The translations under genes were made by a program, and so were the position numbers. From NCBI RefSeq assembly GCF_963506605.1, contig NC_083283.1, forward strand, positions 78,430,001 through 78,494,000: 64,000 nucleotides of DNA, given 5' to 3'. How positions within the stretch are numbered: position 1 is the stretch's first letter; each line of letters opens with the position of its first letter. Shown in pieces: positions 50,966 through 64,000 of the stretch. The DNA comes from Zootoca vivipara. Taxonomy: Eukaryota. A model generated the notes under the pieces. That model did not search any database, was not told the origin of the DNA, and saw only the letters and a program-made list of their open reading frames with translations.

Positions 50966-51018
50966 CTTTAGAACTTCAGCAGGCAAGGTTTTTCTTGCGT
51001 GTTTAGACCTTCAAACCT

Positions 51019-51600
51019 CCCCCTTAAATAAATTCACACAAGACTCAAATTTTTGGTTCGGTTTTTGGCAGAATTTAGGCCACAACTTTATTGATTACAG
51101 CAAGTGAGTGGTTGCATAGGCTCTGGTTCAACTAAAGCCGGGGACATGCTATGTCCCCCACCCAGATGTCCCCCTGGGCTCAGGCACGGGCACAACCCCT
51201 TGCAGGGTTGACCAAACCATTGAGTCCCTCGATTCCTTTAACGGAATACCCCTTCACATAGGGATGCCGAGAGCGTTCCCTCATCCCTATCACCTGTGCC
51301 AGAGCCTATCAGCAACCTTACAAGTTGTGACGATTTGCTACGCAGCAGGCGGAAACCCAAATGACACCAGCCAATCAGCCGAGTGAGGAAAATTCCTGCC
51401 ATGCCCCTGTCCCAACAACAGATGACACATGACAGCATAGCAAGGTCAAGCGCACAAGCCTTAAATATAGGGAGACGTGGGCGGGTGTTCCGATGCACTG
51501 ACCAAGAGAGAAAGCTCAGGGTCACGTGCATTGGCATATATAGGTCCCTTGATCCATTTGGCTAGTGTCCCATTGGTCAGATTAAACCCAGCATCAAGGG
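51019..51600 (-). mobile_element. Second Ngaro-like terminal-repeat remnant
   Basis: 51019-51308 aligns, with an internal deletion, to 44855-45222 (ccacaactttattgatt...cacccagatgtccccctgg...cctatcacctg); right boundary uncertain. Confidence 0.55.
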
Positions 51601-52196
51601 ACCTACCAATCGGGTGTTGTGGCTATCCAATCGTACCCACCCACAACACAAGGGTTTGATTGCCAGGTCTCAGCGCAACATGTGCCCACTTTGAGGGAGG
51701 ACACGATTTATCACTGCATCTGTATACCAGGAACAGTTTAAACCTGCTGAATGTTTTCAGACAGAACTTTGGGGAGGTCTTGGCATTCAAGAATTTAGTC
51801 TGTTGGGAATGAAGATGAGTAGTTGTGCTCTGAGCATTTTGCATCCTGTTGCGTGATCAACATGCATGCGTAAAACCAAGCCAAAGTGTACAGGATTTTC
51901 AATCATTCTTAATTTGAATTTGTAAAACACGGAAGATTAGCAATAATGACTGAAAAAGAAACATCTGATAATCATTTAAAACATGCCAGGGGAAAGACGA
52001 AGCATAAATTAAAAGGAAAGTTCTAAGTAAGTTACAGCCAGACAGGACAAAGTGTTTTACATGCCCCATTGCTGGCTGGCTGCCCACTTTATGAAATATT
52101 TAGATAGGAATCTGAAGGAGTAAAAACTTGTTTAGATCTAGGTACCTATTAAAGTACTAATTAAAGTCCACAGCACTCTGGCCAGTAAATTTGTGC

Positions 52197-52241
<45 letters not shown>

Positions 52242-52400
52242 AAACAGGAACAATATATAACACTGCATTCTAAAGTAAAATAACATAAAAATATTCTGTG
52301 TTGATATATCATGGAAGTGTAGTATTATAATGCAGGTAAACAAGCAACTACACAAGTAGATTTACTGTTGTGGTCTTTTTTTAAAAAAATGGCTTGCAAC

Positions 52401-52536
52401 CAGGGCTATTGTTCAGCTGCAACTCACCAGAACTCAGTTCCGGAGCTTCTCCAGTGGGTGCCATTGCCATTATAGAATAACAAGGGTGGCATTCATGGTG
52501 AGTTCCAGCACCTCTTTTTCCAGAAAAATAACACTG
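52401..52536. mobile_element. hAT-like MITE
   Basis: cagggctatt / aataacactg ends; imperfect 8-bp TSD cttgcaac / gttacaac; related to 57230-57302. Confidence 0.65.
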
Positions 52537-53551
52537 GTTACAACAGAGAACAGAACAGTGTTAGGCTCAACCTGTCTAGGTCTGTCCTGGTGTAAGGTTG
52601 CCAGCTTTTTGATCAGCTGTAAGGTTGCCAGCTTTTTTCTTGCCAAAAGTCTCGTGCCTGCATGAGAAAGAAACTGAATGGGACATTGCCTTGGATTCCA
52701 TGATGTAATAAAGTTGGGTTAATAATGTAAGGAGGGGGGAATGAATTAGATGTGATGGCTGCTGAAGACCTCTCTCTTTATAATGCAGGGGCCTTATTGA
52801 GTGAAAAGAGTGCACAGCCAGGGATGTTGATCTCTTCCTGCCGGGTACATTTCTGATAATTGGTTTCACTTCTGATTTCAAAGCCCCGATGAGGAAAAGG
52901 ATCTCATGGTTTCAGGAAAGGTACTCACTGTGTGAGGAAACCGTGTAATGGGTGTGCCCTAATGTCAGGAAGCAGCAGGACTCGGGAAAGCTTCAATAGT
53001 ATTTATTGCTGAACAGCAGATCAAAACTCAGCATAACAGGCAAGACTAATGCATTCACAGCATAAAATGTAGCGAGGTTGCCTCCCCCTGCTGCATTTCA
53101 AAACATATGCATGCTGTTGTACAGATCAGAGGGGGCGGGGATGACTTCACCAAATGCACATTACACGTCTCGTGCTATTCATGAAACTGTCATATGTGCA
53201 TGCACCATTATCTGTGCATGTGCAACAGCTGCCTCAAAGGTACACACCTAAATCTAACTGCAGAGTTAATTTGGCTTAATATTTCCTATCAGATTGAAGC
53301 TGGTTTGATGGAAAAGCATCAGACAGCAGTACTTGTCAAGAAACTATTGGCATAGCTTTTCAACGTGGATTCAAAAACCACCAGTGGGAGAGCACTGGAG
53401 CCAAAGTAAACTGTAGCATCCACACACATTTAAAGCACATTTGGAACACAATTCTTTCCCTCATATAATTCTGGTTCCATCTGGTTCCCAGTTGACTAAG
53501 GAGGGAACCAACCCCCCCCCCCAAGGAGGGGAGGGGAGTTTCTATTACATA

Positions 53552-53755
53552 CAGGGCCGTCTTAAGCGCCCCTGGCGCCGTGGAGCGACGGATCTGGTTC
53601 CCCCCACCCCGTTTCCCAGCACGGTGGGCGGGCAAGCCCAGCGCGGTTGTCAAACTGGCGGGCCGGCCAGTGGGCGGGCGCAGCTCGCGCGCCCTCCTGG
53701 CGGGCCGGCGCCGTGATGCCCTGCGCCACCAGGGGTCTACCTAGAGCCGACCCTG
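53552..53755. mobile_element. GC-rich hAT MITE
   Basis: cagggccgtc / gagccgaccctg ends; 8-bp TSD attacata (53544-53551, 53756-53763). Confidence 0.88.
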
Positions 53756-56271
53756 ATTACATATCAGTTCATTCTCTTAAAGAGAGAGGGCAAGGCCAAA
53801 CACACACTACAAAAAGCAAACAGGGAAAGAGTGCCACAAATAATGTGATTTGTTCTTCAGCCTTTGTCCGCATGCACTTTTTTTCTTCTAATATCAGATA
53901 GTTCCTCCTCTTTATATATTTAATTAAATGTGCATCTGTGCATTAAAATGTATTAAATGTGTGTTCCAACATCATGTCTAGATTGGTCCCAATTCTTGGT
54001 ACAGTACATCTCCTGTATTTAAAAGCTGCAGTGTGGAACATACGAAAACAAATCTCAAGGCCTAAAGAAGCATACCAAAGTAAGATTTTTTTACTTCTTG
54101 CTTTGAACAACACACCTACCCACACCCATTCACAAAGTGTGTTGGGAGATTCCCAGCTGATACATGAGAAACAAGTCTAAGGCACCCAGTAAATGTTTGC
54201 ACACTTCTTTGCAGCCTAACCAATGTCCATAGTTTCATTTCTTCCTTTCTCACCTCTCCCTTGCCTTGTAAGCTAAAACAACAACACTGTATCTACTGGT
54301 AAATTAAAAGCAGATTGTGTTTCCCTCATTGTCCTTGTGTTCCGGAGAAGATATCCACTATAATCTCGTCCCTCTCCCCTTAAATTCTTACCATGTTTAT
54401 CTGGTCAAATCTGTTGGATACTATATAAAACAATTCAAACTTTTTTTAAAGCTCTTGGAAAAAACAAACGCTTCAAGGTAGGAGGCTTTGTGATTGACAG
54501 AAGGCCTTGGCAATTAGATGATTTCTGATGCAAACTGGATAAACAGTTTTTTTCCTGAGCTAGATTTGGGGAGAAGATTGTAAGTGTGCTCCCAAAAGTC
54601 ATCAGTGCAGAGCTTTTTTTAGGGGAAAGGAAAAGAGGCAATTGGCGCAGGCCCTGCACATATCGACACTGACCAACTATATATTCCAGCTGAGGAAGGA
54701 AGGAAAACTGCCCTCAAATGAACATTAAGAGGCTTTGAAGAGTCCTGCATGATTGCACTTCTGCCACTGCTAAACTTACATACATCTGCACACACACTTT
54801 ATAAGACACAAATACTTATTTTTGTTCTCCCCCACCCACGCATTGATCCATTTGCACAAACGTATAATCATGAAAAGCTGGCAAATACCCAGGTTCACGG
54901 TTTTGAAAAGGGGTCAGTGGCAGGCACAGCCTGACATTTACAGGTTTGGAGCAGCTGCACCTCCTGAAATTTCCTTTTCTGCACAAGAAAAGCCTTCTCC
55001 CCTTTGCATCAGAGCTACAGAACATACAAACCACCAAGTCAAATGCAGACCAGCCAAGTACCATGGCCTACTTCAAGTTCAGGGAGAGCCGAGCGATTTT
55101 CCAGTTTGTATTGCCTGCCTGGAACTGGAAAAATGTAGTTATCAGCTGACAGACCACAATAGGGGCTTTGACAGGCTTGGGGGGGGGGTCACACAGTCAC
55201 AAATTTATACTGGTATAACTCTCCCCATATTAAATTGGAGGCTGAGATTGGAGGTCAGTTTGAAATCTAATGTGGGTTGCACTTGTTGGTGCCTCAACTG
55301 CCTTTTTGAGAAAGCAGGCATATGCTCAAGTTAGAACTAGCTGTTTAGGTACAGAACGGGCAGAAATTATTTCAAAGGGCAGTATGTAAGTGTGTGGGTT
55401 CCATTGCGCAAAGGTTAAAGATTTTAAGAAGAAAATTGGAAGGTTTAAGGCCATTGCTGAGGGAACCCTTACTCTTGCCAGCAGGGGCCAAATCCTTGCA
55501 ACCTGAGGTGAAAATGTCACTTTTTTTGCCTGCCATTGTTTTGCCTGCAATGTTTAGAAGTCACCAGAAACTATTCCGGCATCTGCTCTGAGCTCCAGCA
55601 GGGGGAGCTGTACAACAAAAGGCATAAAAACAATGGAAGGCCTAGTTTTGTGAGGACAAAATGGCGGCAGGGGCAAAAGGAAAAGAGGAGGAAGAGGATC
55701 TGAGGAGGGAGTTGCAACACAGGCCCTCCTCATTGTCCTGTTCTCTCTCACACACAAAAAACAGCAGACACATTGCTCTTGCGAATCCTCCCTCTGTACT
55801 CCTTTTATTGACACGTGTACTCAGTTCTCCTCTGCTTATTTTCCCCTCAGTGTTGATAGACTGGAAATAAATGTTAACAGAAGAAGGAAGATAATTGTGG
55901 AAAAGGAGAGCTTCCCAGGAGGAGACATGTAGCAGCAACTTAGTGGGAGTCCCCCCCCCCCAAAGAGGAGACCGCTGTGCTTTCTTGTTCTTTTATATTA
56001 AATCAGGAGCTTGAAGATACGTTCTGAGAGGAGGTTACTCTTCAGTCGCAAAGCGTTACCCTCTACTTTTATGCCTCCCCCCCCCCATGCTCAGGCTCAC
56101 TTGCCTCAGGCTGGTCTGAGACCAGAAAGGTCTCCATAGAAGGGTCAGCCGTAAAACAAGTACGGAGGGAAAAGTCATTCTAAAAAGGACAACTAACTGG
56201 CTTCGTGTTCCTTTATGACTCCAAAATATGTTCCAAGGGAAATTTGCTCTTCAATCAAGGCAGCCCTGTTT

Positions 56272-56377
56272 AGGGAAGCTTTTAATGTTTGATGAATTTC
56301 TGTATTTTAGTGTTTTGTTGGAAGCCGCCCAGAGTGGCTGGGGGAACCTGGCCAGATGGGCGGGGTATAAATAATAA

Positions 56378-56422
<45 letters not shown>
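56272..56422 (+). mobile_element. L2-type 3' end with expanded (TTA)n tail
   Basis: gaagccgcccagagtggctggggg...gggcggggtataaataataaa followed by (tta)n. Confidence 0.75.
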
Positions 56423-56425
<3 letters not shown>

Positions 56426-56811
56426 CACATTGACAATTGGGCATAAAGTTCATCCCAATAACTTCGTATGAGTCTGGGCTTGAGGGAAATACTGTTCCAG
56501 AACGAGGAGATCTTTATACATGTGGAGGGAAAGCTGATGAGGACCATAAACACCATTTCCCCTCACAAACTTATTGCCATTCGAGTAGCTTGTTGTAAAA
56601 ACAACCAACCAACCAACCAAGGTGTTTGGTGTTTTATTAAGAGAGCAGTCGTAAGTCAGACAGGCAGGGAGCAGGGCCAAACTTTGGTAATACAGTGCCC
56701 TGAGGCAGGACAAAATCCCTCCCCCAATAATTCCCCCCCCTTATTTTCACAATAATTCCTTATGGTACAGTTGCTTTTCATGAATCTTCTCAGAAGGTGC
56801 CCATATAAATA

Positions 56812-56818
56812 ATGTTGT

Positions 56819-56859
<41 letters not shown>

Positions 56860-56868
56860 TTGTTGTTT
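56812..56868. repeat. (TGTTGC)n/(TGT)n microsatellite
   Basis: Direct inspection. Confidence 0.9.
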
Positions 56869-57007
56869 TGCACCCCTTCAGCTTGGCACCCTGAGTGGTG
56901 GAACTGCCTGAAATGCCCTAAATCTGACACTATGGGGCCAGCCAGATTAAAAGGTGTGAGGGGGTGCTCTTAGCCTCTTTTTTGCCACTTGTATTTATAT
57001 ATACAGT

Positions 57008-57221
57008 AGTTTGTCATTGGTATGAGCTTTCGTGTGCATGCACACTTCTTCAGGTACACACTTCTTCAGGTACATGTGTATCTGAATAAGTGTGCATGCA
57101 CACGAAAGCTCATACCAATGACAAACTTAGTTGGTCTCTAAGGTGCTACTGAATGATTTTTTTTAAAAAAAAAATATTTTGTTTTGACTACGGCAGACCA
57201 ACACGGCTACCTACCTGTAAC
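57008..57221 (+). mobile_element. Penelope-like element remnant with inverted segment
   Basis: Inverted arms around ggtatgagctttcgtgtgcatgcacac; tail cagaccaacacggctacctacctgtaac; flanking duplication tatatatacagt (56996-57007, 57222-57233). Confidence 0.85.
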
Positions 57222-57229
57222 TATATATA

Positions 57230-57467
57230 CAGTGCTATTTTTCTAGAAAAAGAGGTGTTGGAACTCATGGCAATGGTGCCCACCTGAGAGGTGCTGGAAC
57301 TAAGTGCTTTTTTTCTTTAAAACATGTTTAGGGGTACTCTCATTTTGACTCAAGAAAATCACTATTTTATAGTTCAAATCAGGAAAAATAAACACAGTAA
57401 ATGGGCAAAAGTACAAAGATTCACAAAATGTTTAGGGGTATGGTGTACCCCCAGAAAAAAAGCACTG
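57230..57467. mobile_element. Composite/nested hAT MITEs
   Basis: cagtgctatttt start; internal agtgcttttttt...aaaaaaagcactg unit homologous to 18090-18220. Confidence 0.7.
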
Positions 57468-57515
57468 TACATATATATGGCTTTCCCACTCCACTTCCGA
57501 TTAAAAGAGGTGTGT

Positions 57516-57555
<40 letters not shown>

Positions 57556-58268
57556 CTATAGGTTGGAGAGGAAGGGTCAATCCTAAAACCTCTCTAATGA
57601 ACTGAGGCTTCTCCCTCCTGCCTTCCAGAAGGCCTCATTTAGGGGCTTAATGGCTGCTACCACCAACAAAAGTACCACCAGTGGTAGCTTCTCTGGAGAA
57701 GATTTTGGATGAGTGTGTGAGGGGCTGCAGGATACAAATGTACTGCTGTTTTAGTTAGTTAGTTTGTTTTGCCATGGATGGCTAATGAGAGTTGGCAGTA
57801 TGGATTCTATAAGAAAATAGGATTGTTGCATAACGCTCTCTCAGATTTAACAAAGGTTGATCTTTTAGTACTGTATTCTGGTTAATCAATGTCTCTCTTG
57901 TTCTTTTTTTATTTAGTAGGAGTAAGTGAAGCTGGGGCGGAGAGGAGGGAAGCAAGACGAGAGCTACAACAAAACATATATTCTAAATACCCACTGCGAT
58001 GGCCCATCATCTTTTTCATTCACCATCATTAGGCTAGATTGGTTTCCTGGGAGATGTCCCAGTTAAGTGGATTTCCTGATTAAGTGCTTCCCGATTAACT
58101 GGAATAGATTGTAAGGACTGTACATAAATATGCCTTGCTTGTGACTCTCTTTGTATTTTGGAGTTAGAAAACTGATGCCCGCTCCACATCTTTCCAAATG
58201 GGATATATCTTACTGGTTTGAAAAGCAGTATTGAAATGGCATTATTTTCTAAATGACTAGATCGCTCT

Positions 58269-58301
<33 letters not shown>

Positions 58302-60906
58302 TCTAGTCCTATTTCTGATAATGTATTGTTGTTAGGATGGAGTACTTAGTGATTATGGTGGAAAAATCACAAAAACAGGTTGGATGAAAGGCACACACCT
58401 TTATTTTTTCCAAAACACTTGAGTGCCTACAAAATTTTAGGCTCCATTCCTGTGCTTACTGCAGTGTAAGATCCTGTGAAACCTCTGGATTAAACATGCA
58501 TAGGATTGCGCTATAAGATTTTTAGTCAGAGGTGATGCGATAAAGGTATAATTGCTTGTAAATAGAATGCACTGATTTCTTTTGATCTGTACAGGCCATC
58601 CAGTACATTTTGCTGCCTGCAGCAGACAACATGATGGTGCTATCCCCATGTACAAAAGGTAACTAGACTGGCAATTGAATGTTACTTCAATATTGGTAGT
58701 CAAACAGCAGGCTAGCTTAGCGTGTGCAGGGCACACAACTCTTCCCTCAAATACTGCATCTTTCCCCAGCATTTGCTACTTGAGGCAGCTGCTTCACTAT
58801 GTCTAATGGTGGGACTGGCTCTGGATGCACTGGTTTTGCAGTTCCTGAGATACCAGAAAAGCTTGCAAGACATATAAGCCAAATAAGATAGTGGGATGAG
58901 TGGGTTGGAGTATACCCTCCAACATTTCTCTGATGAAAATAGGGACGTCCCATTCCATAATAATAATTTTACTATTATACCCCACACAACTTACAGAGTC
59001 GTCTACTCTGGTCAGCTTCCAACATACATAAAAACATTTAAAAAATTTAGCATTAAAAAACCTCCCTATACAGAATTGCCTTCAGATGACACAGGGGTCG
59101 TAAAACGCCATACCCTCCAACATTTCTCCAATGAAAATAATCACAGAATAAAAAACAGTAAACTAATTTCAGCATACAGATTTCATCAGCAGAGTGTAAA
59201 ACAGCACAGAAAAATATACAGTACAGCATCCCTAAAAACATACTGTATAGCAGATATAAAATTCAACTATCTCAAAGGATTCACTATTTAAAAGCCTGGG
59301 GCTATCTCTTTTACTACTCTGCAGTACATACAACCACAAACCTGGTCAAAAAGGTCTAGCTGATGGGCAAGATCAGTTTCCAAATCTGCACTAGGAGCCC
59401 ATTTATAGTGACAAATGTAACCCCTTCCTTCCCATAGCTCTGTAAGAAATGCCCTTTAAAGAACACTTATCCTGATTTGTCCATAGTTTGTGGCATCCTT
59501 GGTTAACAGAAGACTCCATAGCTCAGAGTCACATGCTTTGGATTCAGTTTTGTGGTTGTTGTTTTTTTAAAAAATTCAGTTTCAGTTTCAGACACCTCTA
59601 GTTCAAAGATCTTGGGTAACAGGGCTGGCAGAAACCTATGCCCGAGGCTCGAGAGAGCCTGCTGCTAGACAAAGCAGATATTGTTGATGATTTGTGCAAT
59701 TCTGTTTTCATTATAATATTTATCTGTAAGCGGCTTTGAGAGCCTTGTCTGGACATAGACAAGGATATAAATAAGGGATGGACTGTATCCCAGAACAGAG
59801 CACATGATTTGCATGTTCTCAGTCCCTGATATCTCCTGGGTAGGGCACCCATGCTTGAAACCCTGCAGAACCGCTATCAACCAGTGTGGTAAACGGTGCT
59901 GACCAACGACTGGATGCAGTAGTAAGGCAGGCATTTTTATTTATTTGTGTGACTTCATTATGCCCTCAGGACACAAAGATAAGCATTTATAAATATTTCC
60001 AATTGTTTTATTTTGAATTGATTCTTAGACATGTAAGAGGGCTGTCTCACACTGGAGTTCATGTATGGGTTCAGCTTCATTAGAATGCCCTATTCCGTGT
60101 TTATTTCCCTGTTTGGGTTAGAAGAGAGAAAACAGAGACTGCAGTTTGCCAGGAGAGGGCGTTCTCATCCTTGCTCCAGCTCCAGCCAAGCAGTTTCTGC
60201 TTTTTGTCTGCTGGACTCCTGCCACACTGGGCATTGCATTGCAGAGCAGCTGTAACACATGCAAAAATATGCAGTACCATCCAGGCTTCCCCATAGGATG
60301 TTCTGAGTGGTTGATGGTAGGATTAAAGAATTTGTGACGGAGGCAGGAATTAAAAACTGTACTCGTAATCCATGTAGAATGGGGAATAACATCTGTCCCT
60401 GCAGCATAATAGGTCAAAGAGGTTCAGCAGAGGTTTGGCACACACTTGGAGGGTGTGTTTGGTATAACTTAATAGCAATTTTAAAAAATATCAATTTGAT
60501 GATTTTTCAATTGATCAACATTTTTCAGAAACATTGCCCAGATATACAGGTATAACCTTGTATTTTTTTATTAATGTTAGGATTTCTGAGCAGAAGCATA
60601 GTCAGTAGAGATAAAACCTGGAAAAAATATGTGAGTGAGAGTATTTTAGGTATGTGTGTGAGAGAGAGAAAGAGAGAGAGAAAATTGAATTTAGGAAAAC
60701 AGGATTAATACGGCATATGCAAGCAGAAGCAACAACTTTTTAGATGTGGCAGCCTTTGGACAGTGTTGTACAAGTGTGAAAAGTTACCAGGAGTCTGGTT
60801 TTGCCATATTTTTAGCAACATTATCTTGTGGGTCAGTTTATTAATGACACAAAGACCTCACATTCACTTGTACCAACATGCAACTGTAGGATGTGTTTGG
60901 CTATTT

Positions 60907-62550
60907 ATAGAATCATAGAGTTGGAAGAGACCACAAGGGCCATCCAGTCCAACCCCCTGCCAAGCAGGAAACACCCATCAAAGCATTCTTGACATGTGGC
61001 TGTCAAGCCTCTGCTTAAAGACCTCCAAAGAAGGAGACTCCACCACACTCCTTGGCAGCAAATTCCACTATCGAACAGCTCTTACTGTCAGGAAGTTCTT
61101 CCTAATGTTTAGGTGGAATCTTCTTTCTCGTAGTTTGAATCCATTGCTCCGTGTCCGCTTCTCTGGAGCAGCAGAAAACAACCTTTCTCCCTCCTCTGTA
61201 TGACATCCTTTTTTATATTTGAACATGGCTATCATATCACCCCTTAACCTTCTCTTCTCCAGGCTAAACATACCCAGCTGCCTAAGCCGTTCCTCATAAG
61301 GCATCGTTTCCAGGCCTTTAACCATTTTGGTTGCCCTCTTTTGGACACATTCCAGCTTGTCAGTATCCTTCTTGAACTGTGGTGCCCAGAACTGGACACA
61401 GTACTCCAGGTGAGGTCTGACCAGAGCAGAATACAGTGGTACTATTACTTCCCTTGATCTAGATGCTATACTCCTATTGATGCAGCCCAGAATTGCATTG
61501 GCTTTTTTAGCTGCTGCATCACACTGTTGACTCATGTCAAGTTTGTGGTTTACCAAGGCTCCTAGATCCTTTTCACATGTACCTACTGCTCTCAAGCCAG
61601 GTGTCTCCCATCCTGTATTTGTGCCTTTCATATTTTTTGCCCAAGTGTAGTACTTTACATCTCTCCTTGTTAAAATTCATCTTGTTTGCTTTGGCCCAAT
61701 TGTCTAATCTGTTAAGTTCATTTTGAAGTGTGATCCTGTCCTCGGGGGTATTAGCCACCCCTCCCAATTTGGTGTCATCTGCAAACTTGCTCAGGATGCC
61801 CGCAAGCCCATCATCCAAGTCATTGATAAAGATGTTGAATAAGACTGGGCCCAAGACAGAACCCTGTGACACCCCACTAGTCACTACTCTCCAGGATGAG
61901 GAGGAGCCACTGATGAGCACCCTTTGGGTTTGGTCAGCCAGCCAGTTACAAATCCACTGAATGGTATCATTGTCTAGTCTGCATGTTACCAGCTTCTTTA
62001 CACGAATATCATGGGGCACCTTGTCAAATGCCTTGCTGAAATCAAGATAGGCTACATCCACCTTTATCTACCAGGCTTGTAATTCTGTCAAAAAATGAGA
62101 TCAGATTAGTCTGACATGACTTATTTTTCAGAAACCCATGCTGACTTTTAGTGATCACAGAGTTTCTTTCTAGGTGCTCACAGACTGTTTGCTTAATGAT
62201 CTGCTCTAGAATCTTTCCTGGTATTGATGTCAGGCTGACTGGGCGGTAATTGTTTGGGTCCTCTCTTTCCCCCTTTTGAAAATAGGGACAACATTTGCCC
62301 TCCTCCAGTCTGCTGGAACTTCGTCTGTTCTCCAGGAATTTTCAAATATTATTGCTAGTGGTTCTGAAATCACCTCTGCCAGTTCTTTTAATACTATTGA
62401 ATGTAGTTCATCTGGCCCTGGAGACTTGAATACATCTACACTAGCCAAGTATTCTTGTACTATCTCCTTACTTATTCTGGGCTGTGTTTCCCCTGCTGAA
62501 TCATCTACTCCATATTCTTCAGGTCGGGCATTGTTTTCTTTTTTGGAGAA
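60907..62550 (-). mobile_element. CR1 LINE, 5'-truncated (~1.6 kb), RT region with frameshifts
   Basis: ORFs KSPGPDELH...VPADWRRANVVPIFK, YLDFSKAFDKVPH...QGSVLGPVLFNIFINDL...KFADDTKL and [17 protein letters not shown]; (ATTCTATG)-type 3' tail at 60907. Confidence 0.96.
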
Positions 62551-64000
62551 CAACTGCCAGAATATGAGAGACAACTGCCAGAATATGAGAGATGAGCTCT
62601 GTGTGTCCTTTTGGCAGGGAAATCATGGGAAACCGCTTTACTTTCCAATGAGAAAATGGCATTAAATAAATAACTAAATGACCAAAAAGGAATTCAGGTT
62701 GATCAGACAAAAATGTAAATCAGTCTCTCCCCCCCCCCCAAATAGATTCCTTGTAGCAACTGGAATTGTATTGTCTGGAATTGTGTTGGTTGAGAGACCA
62801 ATGGTTCCTGAATTTATAATGAGATTTAACCAGAATTTGATCATACTAATCAACTGATGCGTTCAAGCAACGCATAATTTTATGGTTCAGAACTCTGCTT
62901 GGGGAGGAAAATAAAATCAAGATGAAATTGTTTGTAATCATTTGGTATTTTTGATGCAGCTCAACTGAAGTTACCATGAGTATAATATATTCTGAAATAA
63001 ATAGTTGCATTTGTGAAGGAAAATCATTTTGGTGCAAATATTCTGCCAAACAGCAATAAATTGTTCCTTGTTTCACATCTGTAATTTGGAAGCTGTCCAC
63101 CACAAAACACTGACTTGCCATTCATGAAATGCAGTATATGTAAAAAAAAAGGTGCAATTAGTATCCAGTATAAAATACCATGATCCATCCCACCTGTTTG
63201 TATTGATGCAGCGCTTTTTCTAAGTGCTCAAACTAATTTTACCACCACCAGGACAAAATTTCTTAAGTGTCCAAGTATGCAAAATTTATAAGCTGACTTG
63301 TGCTTGTGCTACCCTTGTGCTGTAATAAATCAGTAGTTTGAGAAAGTGCTGTTATTTTAGTGGCACTACTCAGTGGATGTTTGCATTTTGCTTTACAAAT
63401 GAATTCTCTTTGGATATAATATCAAATACTGAAGCAGTGATGGCATAAAATAGCAAGATTACATGAGATTCCTAGTAAATTGAAGGTTAATCTGTATTCT
63501 ATAGCATTATGGCTTACGCATGGATCACAACATGACTTAATAAGAAGTGCTTATCTTCATAACCAGGCCATTACTTTAAAATCTATTAAGAACATACTGT
63601 CATCTCTAAATGATCCAAGAACCAGCAAGGTTAAGAGAATAATGGATCAGCTTAGTTTCCCATTCATATTAATTTACCACTTTGTTGCAAATTCTTGCAG
63701 TAATGCTTTCTGAAAAGTGCAATCGTTGGAAAGAAAAACAAATTTCTGGGCTTGAAAACTAGCAATAGTTCTTATGAGCTACTTGTTGAGGCAAGATTAC
63801 TGAATATTTTCAGCTTTCCAACTGCACTTTTGAGAATCACCCCAGCATATATTTTGGCCTCATACAAAAACTGAACTGCTGTATTTTAATATATTTGCTG
63901 AACCCAAGCATCAACTTGTGCATAACACTTCTGGACAAATTTCTAAAACTAGGCCAGTTCATAACACTTTGGTTGCCTTGCCACAAACAATAGAATTGGT

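Noticed and set aside
52963-53060. Possible solo LTR end (tgtcagga...tttattg) next to a GTGAGT donor at ~52923
   Set aside because: Other terminus and TSD not found; the nearest upstream ATG frame terminates before the donor.
54822-55334. 170-aa + strand ORF and other long ORFs at 35090 and 58896
   Set aside because: No recognisable domain, splice structure or coding-like composition.
48016-64000. Exons of a neighbouring gene (SLC6A19 expected from mammalian synteny)
   Set aside because: No matching peptide recognised in this window.

Overview
Vertebrate genomic DNA, very probably from a squamate (lizard, lacertid-like): the repeats are Sauria SINEs, Bov-B/RTE, CR1, L2, Penelope-like and many hAT/Tc1-mariner MITEs. 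The only clearly recognisable host gene is SLC12A7 (KCC4, K-Cl cotransporter) on the - strand. Its canonical first coding exon (MPTNFTVVPVE..., 37791-37965) lies in a CpG island and appears to end at a non-canonical GC donor. I could not find exon 2 (expected GDGNP...), so 1-37790 is probably intron 1 and 38-64 kb is upstream sequence. The most interesting signal is a set of short ATG-initiated, phase-1, GTGAGT-ended candidate alternative first exons on the same strand: 14482-14521 (MNKRDYEEGGPSP), 40431-40464 (MVVWPDRFEVR, containing an RFxV SPAK/OSR1-type docking motif), and a duplicated TATA-promoter plus mini-exon cassette at 43870-44387 and 47506-48015. These exons are inferred from sequence only and need transcript evidence. 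Other notable items are Penelope-derived minimal hammerhead ribozyme motifs, a Bov-B insertion with a 5' inversion, Ngaro-like (SGNH-encoding) retroelement remnants and a perfect 49-bp inverted repeat. Most ORFs in the supplied track are spurious or TE-derived.
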